From NCBI GenBank assembly GCA_036381495.1, contig DASVCS010000059.1, positions 2,352 through 66,351 of the forward strand: a stretch of DNA of 64,000 nt. Direction: 5' to 3'. Positions within the stretch are counted from its first letter, which is position 1. Every line of letters starts with the position of its first letter. The stretch is from Longimicrobiales bacterium. Its GTDB lineage: Bacteria; Gemmatimonadota; Gemmatimonadetes; Longimicrobiales; RSA9. The translations under genes were made by a program, and so were the position numbers. This document shows, one piece after another, positions 10,834 to 21,807 of the stretch. Below the pieces are notes generated by a model. That model made no database searches. It was not told the DNA's origin and was given only the letters and a program-made list of their open reading frames with translations.

Positions 10834-10865
10834 GCGGACCTGGTTTCACTTTTTCGATTCGTCCC
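10834..10865 (+). repeat. 32-nt ADOP-spacer motif, copy 1 (start-proximal arm of module M1)
   Basis: GCGGACCTGGTTTCACTTTTTCGATTCGTCCC, one mismatch to the consensus. Confidence 0.95.
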
Positions 10866-10991
10866 AAATCGACACCGCGCCGGGTCGCGTCACCCGCGGC
10901 ACGTCGAGGATCGGCCGGCGCCCATCCGGGCGCCGCAGGTGAGCGGGTTCGATCCGGTCGCCCGCGTCTGCGCGGGTCCTCACCGCCTCCT

Positions 10992-11090
10992 CTAGATGCG
11001 GTTCGCCCGTGGGTTCAGGCCCGCGCGGCCGCTCGCTGCGCTCGGTTCGCGGACACGTACGACTCCGAAGCGACGCGACAACCGCTCTAA
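10992..11090 (-). repeat. ~98-nt CTAG-bounded repeat element, copy 2
   Basis: The reverse complement reads TTAGAGCGGTTGTCGCGTCGCTTCGGAGTCGTACGTGTCCGCGAACCGAGCGC...GAACCGCATCTAG. The first ~60 nt are nearly identical to copy 1; the rest is clearly related. Confidence 0.6.
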
Positions 11091-11218
11091 GCTTCCGGCG
11101 ACACGCCTATCGCCGCCGTCAGACGCACCGCGCGACCGTGAGTCGCGCGGATGAGCGGTCCAGCGGGCGAATGCGCGGCCTGCATCCGGGGAGAAGCGTG
11201 CCAGCGGCGCGTTCTGCA

Positions 11219-11247
11219 ATAATATCTTGTACACCAATCAGTTACAA
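11219..11247 (-). promoter_or_regulatory. sigma-70-type promoter candidate (TTGTAA-17 nt-TATTAT) inside module M1
   Basis: On the minus strand, TTGTAA (11242-11247), an exact 17-nt spacer and TATTAT (11219-11224). A conspicuous AT-rich island, oriented toward ATPase-1/ADOP-1. Confidence 0.45.
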
Positions 11248-11491
11248 TGCCCTGACGCCTGCGTCGTCACGCGTTCGGGTGACCGCCGTCGGGACAGCGT
11301 GTCCCAATAGCGGACGGTCCGTTCCACCGGATGCACCGCGTGGCAGCGCCGTGCCGACGATGCCGATCATACCGTGGTCGCGCGCGATCCTGAGTTGCGG
11401 TGGAGCGGGCATGGCTGCATCCCGTGCGCTCCTCGCATTCCGGCCCCGAACGGTCACCGCCCCATCGGAGCGGCCAACCGGACGACTCGAT

Positions 11492-11523
11492 GGGACGAAT
11501 CGAAAAAGTAAAACCAGGTCCGC
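11492..11523 (-). repeat. 32-nt motif, copy 2 (stop-proximal arm of M1)
   Basis: The plus strand reads GGGACGAATCGAAAAAGTAAAACCAGGTCCGC, an exact reverse complement of the consensus with W=T. Confidence 0.95.
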
Positions 11524-11573
11524 CTACTCCAGGTCCGCCTACTCCAGGTCCGCCTACTCCGCCGTCCGCCTAC
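11514..11573 (-). repeat. 15/16-bp tandem repeat x4 at the ADOP-2 stop codon / motif junction
   Basis: The minus strand reads GAG TAG GCGGACGGCGGAG TAG GCGGACCTGGAG TAG GCGGACCTGGAG TAG GCGGACCTGGTTTTAC. Each unit fuses the last gene nucleotides (GAGTAG) to the first 10 nt of the motif. Confidence 0.85.
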
Positions 11574-14038
11574 TCCGCCCGCAACGCCTCCATCGGGTTC
11601 ACGCCGGCCGCCCTGCGGGCCGGGATGTGGCTGGCGAGCAGCGCGACGGCGGCAAGGATCAGGGCGACGCCGGCGAAGGTCAGCGGATCCGTCGCGCTGA
11701 CCCCGTAGAGCAGACTCGAGACGAACCGCGTGAGCGCGAATGCGGCGGCCAACCCGATGGCGACGCCGAGCAGCGCGAGTGTGAGCCCCTGGCGCAGGAT
11801 CATGCGCAACACGCTGCCGGACTCCGCGCCGAGCGCCATACGGATGCCGATCTCGCGCGTTCGCTGGCCGACCGAATACGCCATGACGCCGTAGATGCCG
11901 ACGGCGGCGAGCAGGAGGCCGAGCAGCCCGAAGAGCGTCGTCAGCACGGCACCGATCCGCTGTGTCAGCAGGTCATCGCCGATCAGGTCGGTCAGCGGCG
12001 TGAGGTCGAGGAGCGGGAGCGCCGGGTCGAGTGCGTGGACCGCGTCGCGCACCGCGCGGACGGTGGCGCCGGCGTCGTCTTCGGTCCGGACGGCGAGCAC
12101 CAGCTTCGAGCGGTAGTTCTGCTCCCGCGCGACGAAGATGAACGGCTCCGGCTCTTCACGCAAGGAACTGTACTTGCCATCCGGTACGACGCCGACGACC
12201 AGGAACTCCGCCGCCTCCGCTCCATCGGCCTGGCCGCTGATGATCTGAAACGCGGAGTACGCCTGGACGAATCGCTTCCCGATCGGATCCTGGCCCGGCC
12301 AGAAGTGCTCGGCCATGGTCTGGTTCACGATCGCGGCGTGCGGCGCGTCTTCACGGTCCGCAGTCGCGAACGTGCGCCCGCGCAGCACCGGGATGCCCAT
12401 GGTCCGGAAGTACTCCCCACCGACGACGTTGGCGTGGATCAACTCACCTTCGTCCTCGCCGGCTCCGGCCGGCCGCACGCGCAGCGCCTCCTCACCGGGG
12501 CCGAGGGGCACGCCGACGGAGAAGCTCGCGGATCGCACGCCGGGCACCTGGCGGACGCGCTCGAGGATGCGATCGTAGAGTTGCCGGCCGCGCGGTTCGT
12601 CGTAGCGCTGGCGTTGCAAATCGATCGAGGCGACCCACACGTCATCCGGGTCGAATCCCGGATCGATGCTGAGCGCGTGCTGGAGCGCCCGCAGGAAGAG
12701 GCCGGCCGCGACGAGCAGGAGCAGCGACATGGCGACCTGACCGACGACGAAGCCGTGGCGCAGCCACGCGCTCGGACGCCGGCCGCTGCGCCCCCCGTCC
12801 CTCGCCGGGACCAGTTCGGGCCGTGACGCGCGCAGCGCGGGGATGAGGCTGAACCCGAGCCCGGTCACGAGCGAGAGGAGCAGCGCGAAGCCCAGTACGC
12901 GGCCGTCGGGCGCGAGGTCGAGCGTGACCGGTACCGGCCAGCGGAACGCGAGGAGCAGGTCGGTGAGCCAGACGGCGAGCAGTACGCCGCCCGCGCCGCC
13001 GAGCAGGAAGAGGAGCACGCCCTCGGTCAGGAGTTGCCGGACGATCCGCGCGCGCCCGGCGCCGATCGCCGCTCGGATCACGACCTCGCGCTGGCGTCCC
13101 GCGGCGCGCGCGAGGAGCATCCCGGCCACGTTCACGCCCGCGATCAACAGCACGAGCGAGGTCGCGACGGCGAGCATCGTGAAGAAGCGCAGGAACGAAC
13201 CCTGGCGCGACGTCGGGATCCGGCTCAGCGGGTGCAGCTCGGCGTTCGTGTACTCGAGCGGACCGCCCAGCGCCTCGCCGACCTGCCGCAGCCCCGCGCT
13301 CAACTCGGCCTGCGCCCGCTCGATCGAGATCCCCGGGCGCAGGCGGCCGATCGCTTCCAGCCCGAACCACATCAGGCTGTAGAGACGGCTGTTCGGCACC
13401 ACTCGCTCGCGCAGCGCGAGCGGCGCCCAGAGCCCGGGCGCCCGGTCGATGCCGGTACCGGTGAACGAGGCCGGCGCCACCCCCACGACCGTCGCCGGCC
13501 GTCCGTTGAGCCGCACCGTCCGTCCGACGATCGATGGGTCCGCACCGAAACGCCGCCGCCACAGGCGATCGCTCAGGACGACGCCGGCCGTGGCCGCACC
13601 CCGGCGATCATCGGAAGGCGCCAGCAAACGCCCCAACGCCGGCCGGATTCCCAGCACGCGGAAGTAGTCGCCGGAGACGAACGCGGCCAAAACCTCCTCC
13701 GCGTACTCCTCATCCCCGAAGCTGAGCTGCGCGTCCGCGCGCGCAGCCAGCTCCGCCACGGCGCGGCCCCGCTCCCGCAACGCCTCGAAGTGCGGGAACG
13801 ACAGCGCGAATGGACGGCTCTCGCCCCCGCCGCCGAACGCGCCCAACGCCTGCACGCCGACCAGCCGGTCCGGCTCGCGCACCGGCAGCGGCCGCAGCAC
13901 CAGCGCGTTCACGGCCGTGAACAGCGCCGTGTTCGCACCCACCCCCAGCGCGATCGTGAGCACCGCGACCAACGCGAAGCCGGGGCGACGGAGAAGCATC
14001 CGGCCGGCGTAGCGGACGTCCTGGAGCAGCGTGTGCAT
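11570..14038 (-). CDS. ADOP-2: double-FtsX ABC permease
   Basis: [40 protein letters not shown] ... PARRAAGVNPMEALRAE; 822 aa. Confidence 0.9.
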   Translation of the reverse strand: MHTLLQDVRYAGRMLLRRPGFALVAVLTIALGVGANTALFTAVNALVLRPLPVREPDRLVGVQALGAFGGGGESRPFALSFPHFEALRERGRAVAELAARADAQLSFGDEEYAEEVLAAFVSGDYFRVLGIRPALGRLLAPSDDRRGAATAGVVLSDRLWRRRFGADPSIVGRTVRLNGRPATVVGVAPASFTGTGIDRAPGLWAPLALRERVVPNSRLYSLMWFGLEAIGRLRPGISIERAQAELSAGLRQVGEALGGPLEYTNAELHPLSRIPTSRQGSFLRFFTMLAVATSLVLLIAGVNVAGMLLARAAGRQREVVIRAAIGAGRARIVRQLLTEGVLLFLLGGAGGVLLAVWLTDLLLAFRWPVPVTLDLAPDGRVLGFALLLSLVTGLGFSLIPALRASRPELVPARDGGRSGRRPSAWLRHGFVVGQVAMSLLLLVAAGLFLRALQHALSIDPGFDPDDVWVASIDLQRQRYDEPRGRQLYDRILERVRQVPGVRSASFSVGVPLGPGEEALRVRPAGAGEDEGELIHANVVGGEYFRTMGIPVLRGRTFATADREDAPHAAIVNQTMAEHFWPGQDPIGKRFVQAYSAFQIISGQADGAEAAEFLVVGVVPDGKYSSLREEPEPFIFVAREQNYRSKLVLAVRTEDDAGATVRAVRDAVHALDPALPLLDLTPLTDLIGDDLLTQRIGAVLTTLFGLLGLLLAAVGIYGVMAYSVGQRTREIGIRMALGAESGSVLRMILRQGLTLALLGVAIGLAAAFALTRFVSSLLYGVSATDPLTFAGVALILAAVALLASHIPARRAAGVNPMEALRAE

Positions 14039-14047
14039 GAGGTCCTC

Positions 14048-16471
14048 CTATTCGCTTCGCAATGCCGCCATCGGATCCACCCGCGCCGCGCGCCGCGCCG
14101 GCAGCCAGCTCGCGATCAACGCGGCCCCCGCGAGCACGGCTACCACGCCGGCAAAGGCGAGCGGGTCCACGGGGCGGACACCGGCGACGATGCTGCCGAT
14201 GAGTCGACCGAGCGCGAGGGCGAGGGCCACGCCGAGCGCGGCGCCGATGGCGGTGAGACGGAGCCCGTCGCGGATGAAGAGCCCGAGCACCGCGCCGGCA
14301 TCGGCGCCGAGTGCGATGCGGATCCCGACCTCACGCGCCCGGGAGGCGGCCGTAAACGCCATCACGCCGTAAAGCCCGAGCGCCGCGAGCGCCAGTGCGA
14401 GCGCGCCGAAACCCGTGATCACCAGCGCGAGGTCGCGGTAGATGTCGACGCTCTCCTCGACGACCTGCGCCATCGTCCTCACGGCGTAGACCGGCACGTC
14501 GGGATCGATGGCGTGCACCGCGTCGCGCAGCGGCTCGATGATCGTCGAGGGGTCGCCCGCGACGCGCGCGATCAGGTACGATTCCGCCATCTGGAAATGC
14601 TGCGACCGGGGCAGAAACACCGCCATTTGGGGATCCGACAGGCTCGTGGCCACGTCGGGGACGACCCCCACCACCCGGATCGGCGTGTCCCGCGACGGCC
14701 CGAAGTAGAAGACGCGCCCGATCGGATCCCGGTCGGGCCACTGGCGCCGGGCGAGCTGCTGGCTGATGACCGCGACCCGTGGCGCATCCCTCGTGTCGCG
14801 ATCGGTGAAGCCGCGCCCCCGCAGCACCGGGATGCCGAGCGTGCGGAAGAAGCCGGGCGAGACGCCCATGGCGACGACCGGCGCGGCGCCGGCGGTCGTG
14901 CCGGCGGGCGTAGAAGCGCCTTCGGCTGCCGAAAGCCAGTGGAGCGTCCGTCCACCGACCAGCGGCGCCCCGCTCGCCACGGCGGCAGCGCGGACGCCCG
15001 GGAGCCCCGCGGCCCGCTCCCGCAACGCGCGCTGGAACGCTTCGCCCGCCGCGGGCGTGTAACCCTGGCTCTCGAGATCGAGCGTCAGGACCACGACGTC
15101 GTCGACTTCGAATCCGACGTCGGTCTCGGCCACGGTGTCGAGCCGGCGGAGAAACAACCCCGCGGCGAAGAGGAGTGTCAGCGACAACGCCATCTGGGCG
15201 ACCACGAGCGCGCCCTGGAGGCGTGACCGACGGAACCGCGATGCGCCATCGCCCGCGAGCGCCGGGCGCAGATCGGTTCGCGACGCGCGCCATGCCGGAA
15301 CGAGCCCGAACAGCACCCCGGTGCCGAGCGCGAGCGCGAACGTGAATGCCAGTGTGTGCGCGTCCGGTGAGACGTCGAGCGGTGCCAGCACCATGCGGAA
15401 CCGGGCGCGGAATGCATCCGCGAGCCAGAACGACCCGACGAGGCCGAGGCCGCCGCCCAGCAGGGCGAGGAGTACGCTCTCGGTGACGAGTTGACGGATC
15501 AGGCGACGTCGCCCCGCGCCGAGCGCCAGGCGCACGCCGATCTCGTGGCGCCGTGCCACGGCGCGCGCGAGCAGCAGGTTCGCGACGTTCGCGCAGGCGA
15601 TGAGGAGGACCAGGCCGGTGATCACGCCCGCAAAGGCGAGCATCGGGAGCGTGCTCCCCAGTCCGCGCAACGGGATCCATCCGGTCAACGGGGTAGCGGT
15701 CAGCCGCAGCGGCTCGAACCGGTCCGGCTCCGCGGGGTCGAGACGTCGCGAGATGACGCCGAGCGCGGCCTCGGCCTGCTCGAGCGGCACGCCGTCCGCG
15801 AGCCGCCCGATGAGGTGGAACCGGCCGAACCTGCGGTTGGTGAGCAGGTCGCTCGCGGCTGGCATCGCCCGGGCCCGCATCATCGTCGGCACCCACACCT
15901 CCGCCGGCTCCTCGATCTCGGTCCCCATGAACCCCTCGGGCGCGACACCCACGACCGTGAAACCGTAGCCGTTCAACGTCACGGTGCGCCCGACCACGGT
16001 CGGATCGGCCGCGAATCGCCGCACCCACAGGTCGTATCCGATCACCGCGACCGGATGCGTGCCGCGCGTGCGGTCCTCGCCGGCCAGGAATCCGCGGCCC
16101 AGGACCGGACGCACGCCGAGCACGTCGAAGTAGTTCCCGCTCACGAGCTGCCCCGTCACCCGGATCGGCTCACCGCCGGATGCCAGCGCCATCCCCGCGC
16201 TCGTGTACGCCGCGATTCCGGCGAACCGCCGCGCGGCATCGCGGATCTCGAGGTAGTCCGGGTAGGACACTTCCTCGAAACGACCGGCGTTCTCGACCCG
16301 GACCAGCCGGTCGCTCTCCGGGATGCCGGTCGGCGGCCGGAACAGCAGCGCGTTCAGCAGGCCGAACAGCGCACTGTTGGCGCCGATCCCCAGCGCCAGC
16401 GTGAGAATCGCCGTGGCCGCGAAGACGGGCGAGCGACGCAGCGTGCGCCAGGCGTAACGGATGTCGTGCAT
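14048..16471 (-). CDS. ADOP-3: double-FtsX ABC permease
   Basis: [36 protein letters not shown] ... PARRAARVDPMAALRSE. Start trimmed to ATG 16471. Its stop lies 9 nt from the ADOP-2 ATG. Confidence 0.88.
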   Translation of the reverse strand: MHDIRYAWRTLRRSPVFAATAILTLALGIGANSALFGLLNALLFRPPTGIPESDRLVRVENAGRFEEVSYPDYLEIRDAARRFAGIAAYTSAGMALASGGEPIRVTGQLVSGNYFDVLGVRPVLGRGFLAGEDRTRGTHPVAVIGYDLWVRRFAADPTVVGRTVTLNGYGFTVVGVAPEGFMGTEIEEPAEVWVPTMMRARAMPAASDLLTNRRFGRFHLIGRLADGVPLEQAEAALGVISRRLDPAEPDRFEPLRLTATPLTGWIPLRGLGSTLPMLAFAGVITGLVLLIACANVANLLLARAVARRHEIGVRLALGAGRRRLIRQLVTESVLLALLGGGLGLVGSFWLADAFRARFRMVLAPLDVSPDAHTLAFTFALALGTGVLFGLVPAWRASRTDLRPALAGDGASRFRRSRLQGALVVAQMALSLTLLFAAGLFLRRLDTVAETDVGFEVDDVVVLTLDLESQGYTPAAGEAFQRALRERAAGLPGVRAAAVASGAPLVGGRTLHWLSAAEGASTPAGTTAGAAPVVAMGVSPGFFRTLGIPVLRGRGFTDRDTRDAPRVAVISQQLARRQWPDRDPIGRVFYFGPSRDTPIRVVGVVPDVATSLSDPQMAVFLPRSQHFQMAESYLIARVAGDPSTIIEPLRDAVHAIDPDVPVYAVRTMAQVVEESVDIYRDLALVITGFGALALALAALGLYGVMAFTAASRAREVGIRIALGADAGAVLGLFIRDGLRLTAIGAALGVALALALGRLIGSIVAGVRPVDPLAFAGVVAVLAGAALIASWLPARRAARVDPMAALRSE

Positions 16472-16513
16472 GATTCCTCCGCGGTTGCGGACCGGGCGTC
16501 GGTATGTCGATCC

Positions 16514-16544
16514 GGGACGAATCGAAAAAGTAAAACCTGGTCCG

Positions 16545-16545
<1 letters not shown>
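16514..16545 (-). repeat. 32-nt motif, copy 3 (solo copy S1)
   Basis: The plus strand reads GGGACGAATCGAAAAAGTAAAACCTGGTCCGC. Its last base is the first base of the ADOP-4 stop codon (cta at 16545-16547). No inverted partner in this 73-nt spacer. Confidence 0.95.
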
Positions 16546-18947
<2,402 letters not shown>

Positions 18948-18995
18948 GGTCGGTCGTATCCTCTCAATGCGAATCGGCCACCGTCCGGCCTCCGT

Positions 18996-21401
18996 TCATT
19001 CCGCGCGCAACGCCTCCATCGGGTCGATGCTCGTCGCGCGGCGTGCGGGGACGTAACTCGCGAGCAGCGCGACGCCGGCGAGCAGGCCTCCCACGACGAC
19101 GAGGGTCGCGGGGTCGGTCGCGTCGACGCCGTAGAGGAGGAAGCCGAGGAGCGGGGTGACGGCGAGCGCGCCGGCGAGACCGAGTGCGAGGCCGATGCCG
19201 GCGAGGCGTGCGCCCTGGCCGACGACGAGGCGGAGCACGTCGCGCGGTCTGGCGCCGAGTGCGGTGCGCACGCCGAACTCGCGGGTACGCTGCGCGACGG
19301 CGTAGCTGATCACGCCGTACAGACCGACGCCGGAGATGACGAGCGCAATGAGCGCGAACGCCGCCATGATCCCCATGACGAGGCGGTACGGCGCGAGGAA
19401 CCAGGCGGCCCACCCGTCCATGGTCCGGACCCGCGCGATCGCGAGGTCGGCATCGAAGTCGCGGATCGCGCGGCGGATCGCGGGGGCGGCGCGCGCCGGG
19501 TCGCCTTCCGTTGCAACGGCCAGGGCCGCGGCCACCTGCGGCGCCTGCGCCTGCGGGAGGTAGATCTCGGGGTCCACGGCGTCGCCCACGCCCTGGTGGA
19601 AGACATCGCCGACGACGCCGACCACCTCCCAGCGCCGATCCCCGATGACCAGACCGCGGCCGAGCGGGTCTTCGCCCGGGAAGTAGCGCCGGGCGAGCGT
19701 TTGGTTGATGATCGCGACCCGGGGCGCATCGGCGCGGTCGCGGTCGTCGAAGGCGCGTCCCGCCACGAGCGGGATCCGCATGGCGGAGAAGTAGTGGGGC
19801 GTGATTCGCTGCATCCGCGCGCTCGGCCGATCGGCGGGCGTCGCCGGCGGTTGGCCCTCGACACTGAAACTCGATGAGCGGGAGGAGTGGCTGAGCGGGA
19901 GGTTGCTGACCACGCCCGCCGTGCGCACGCCCGGGAGCGCCTCGATCCGGTCGACGAGCCGGCCGTACGCCTCGCCGGCTTGCCCCCGCATCCCGACCGG
20001 CCAACGCAGCTCGAGGGTCAGCACGTGGTCGCTCCGAAAGCCCGGGTCCGCGTGGATCCGGTTCGCGACGCTGCGGACCAGGAGTCCGGCGCCCGCCAGC
20101 AGCACGAGCGCGAGCGCGATCTCACCCACCACGAGCGTCCGGCGGAGCCGGTTCGCGCTCCGTTCACCGGCCGTCCCCCGCGCACCCTCCCGGAGCGCGC
20201 CGGCCACTCCTGGCCGGGAGAAGCGGAGCGCCGGCGCGAGGCCGAAGAGGATGCCGGTCCCGATCGAGACCGCGAGCGTGAAGCCGACGACGCGCGCATC
20301 CACGCCCATCCGAGGCCAGCCGGGGACGAACCCCGCGAGGTCCGCGGGTACGGCCTCGTGCAGCATGGGCACCGCCCAGACGGCGATCAGGATGCCGGCG
20401 GCGCCACCCACCAGCCCCAACACCACGCTCTCGGCCAGGAGCCGACCCGCGATGCGCGAGCGGCTCGCGCCCAGCGCCGCGCGAATCGCCAGCTCCCGGC
20501 GCCGCGTCGTGGACCGGGCAATGAAGAGCCCCGCGAGGTTGATGCAGGCAATGAGGAGCACGAAGGCGACGGCGCCCATCATGACGCCGAGCATCCACCG
20601 GGTCGGCGGCTCCATGTGCCACGCGCGCATCGGGTCGGCGGTCCAGCGCCACCCCGCCATGCTCTCCGGGAACTCTGCGGCGATCCGCTCGCCGAGCGCG
20701 GCCACCTCGACGCGGGCATCGTCGAGCCCTGCGCCGGGCCGCAGCCGGCCGAAGACATCCAGGTAAAGACTGGTGCGATTGTTGGCGTCCTCCGCACCGA
20801 ACGACAACGGAACCCACACCTCGCCGCCCGGCGGGAAGGTGTAATCGGCAGGCAGCACGCCGACGACCGTGTGCGCCTGCCCATCGAGCACCACGGTCTC
20901 GCCGATGACACCGGGGTCGCCGCCGAACCGGCTCCGCCAGAACGCGTCGCTCAGGATCACCACCCGCTCCGCATCCGGCTCGGCATCCTCCGCGATGAAG
21001 GTGCGGCCCAATGCCGCCGGCACGCCGAGCATCCGGAAGAAGTTGCGCGTGACGCGGTAGCCCTGCACGATCTCGGTCCGCTCCGTACCGCGCATGGCAT
21101 AATCCCACCCGGTCATGGCCGCGACATCGGAGAGCGCGGTACTCGTCTCCCGCAGGCTGAGCATGTTCCCCGGCGCCATCGCCGTGCACAGCGGGCAACG
21201 GTCCGAGAACTGACGGATCGCAACCAGCCGGTCGCCATCGCGGAACGGCAGCGGATCCAGCAGCAGCGCATCGATCGCGCTGAAGATGGTCGTCGTGGCG
21301 CCGATCCCGAGCGCGAGCGTGAGCGCCGCCACGGCGGTGAAGCCGGGGCTCCTGCGGAGTGTACGCAGCGCGTAGCGGATCTCGTGGAGAAACACGTTCA
21401 T
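18996..21401 (-). CDS. ADOP-5: double-FtsX ABC permease
   Basis: [40 protein letters not shown] ... PARRATSIDPMEALRAE; 801 aa. Confidence 0.9.
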   Translation of the reverse strand: MNVFLHEIRYALRTLRRSPGFTAVAALTLALGIGATTTIFSAIDALLLDPLPFRDGDRLVAIRQFSDRCPLCTAMAPGNMLSLRETSTALSDVAAMTGWDYAMRGTERTEIVQGYRVTRNFFRMLGVPAALGRTFIAEDAEPDAERVVILSDAFWRSRFGGDPGVIGETVVLDGQAHTVVGVLPADYTFPPGGEVWVPLSFGAEDANNRTSLYLDVFGRLRPGAGLDDARVEVAALGERIAAEFPESMAGWRWTADPMRAWHMEPPTRWMLGVMMGAVAFVLLIACINLAGLFIARSTTRRRELAIRAALGASRSRIAGRLLAESVVLGLVGGAAGILIAVWAVPMLHEAVPADLAGFVPGWPRMGVDARVVGFTLAVSIGTGILFGLAPALRFSRPGVAGALREGARGTAGERSANRLRRTLVVGEIALALVLLAGAGLLVRSVANRIHADPGFRSDHVLTLELRWPVGMRGQAGEAYGRLVDRIEALPGVRTAGVVSNLPLSHSSRSSSFSVEGQPPATPADRPSARMQRITPHYFSAMRIPLVAGRAFDDRDRADAPRVAIINQTLARRYFPGEDPLGRGLVIGDRRWEVVGVVGDVFHQGVGDAVDPEIYLPQAQAPQVAAALAVATEGDPARAAPAIRRAIRDFDADLAIARVRTMDGWAAWFLAPYRLVMGIMAAFALIALVISGVGLYGVISYAVAQRTREFGVRTALGARPRDVLRLVVGQGARLAGIGLALGLAGALAVTPLLGFLLYGVDATDPATLVVVGGLLAGVALLASYVPARRATSIDPMEALRAE

Positions 21402-21431
21402 CGGTTGTGGCTCCGGTTGCGGGTTCCATGA

Positions 21432-21463
21432 GCGGACCAGGTTTTACTTTTTCGATTCGTCCC
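21432..21463 (+). repeat. 32-nt motif, copy 4 (start-proximal arm of M2)
   Basis: GCGGACCAGGTTTTACTTTTTCGATTCGTCCC, exact. Lies 30 nt from the ADOP-5 ATG. Confidence 0.95.
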
Positions 21464-21775
21464 ATATTGGCACAGGCCTGGCGCATCCGGTGACGTGCCG
21501 ACCGGACATACCGGTCCGGCGCGGGACGGACGCACTTCGGACCTGCGCGGCCGAGTGCGAGTGCGGCCGGGTCGCAGTCGCGGCGCGATCCGGGCTCGAC
21601 GCCGCGCAGATGCGCTGCGCGATATGCAGGGTCCCTTGCTCCCGCGCACGCGCTCACGTGGCGGCACGCAGCTCCGGACCGGTGCGGGTTCCGCCTGGCG
21701 TCCGGTGCCACGAACCAGTGCGTCGAGCCTCCGCTGCCAGACCGATTTCGGGATCAGCCAGAACCCTGTCGATCC

Positions 21776-21807
21776 GCGGCGAATCGAAAAAGTAAAACCT
21801 GGTCCGC
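21776..21807 (-). repeat. 32-nt motif, copy 5 (stop-proximal arm of M2)
   Basis: The plus strand reads GCGGCGAATCGAAAAAGTAAAACCTGGTCCGC, with two mismatches at the inner end. Lies 29 nt from the ADOP-6 stop. Confidence 0.9.

Larger units (their letters stand above)
10834..11523. repeat. inverted-repeat-bounded intergenic module M1 (690 bp)
   Basis: Bounded by inverted motif copies 10834-10865 and 11492-11523. Contains the CTAG-bounded element and a sigma-70-like promoter. Confidence 0.85.
21432..21807. repeat. inverted-repeat-bounded intergenic module M2 (376 bp)
   Basis: Bounded by inverted motif copies 21432-21463 and 21776-21807. The interior is homologous to M4/M5 interiors by eye. Confidence 0.85.

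Noticed and set aside
10941-10962. A tRNA-like T-loop sequence, GGGTTCGATCCGG.
   Set aside because: The flanking bases cannot form a T-stem or the other cloverleaf arms. No tRNA or rRNA gene was recognisable anywhere in the window.
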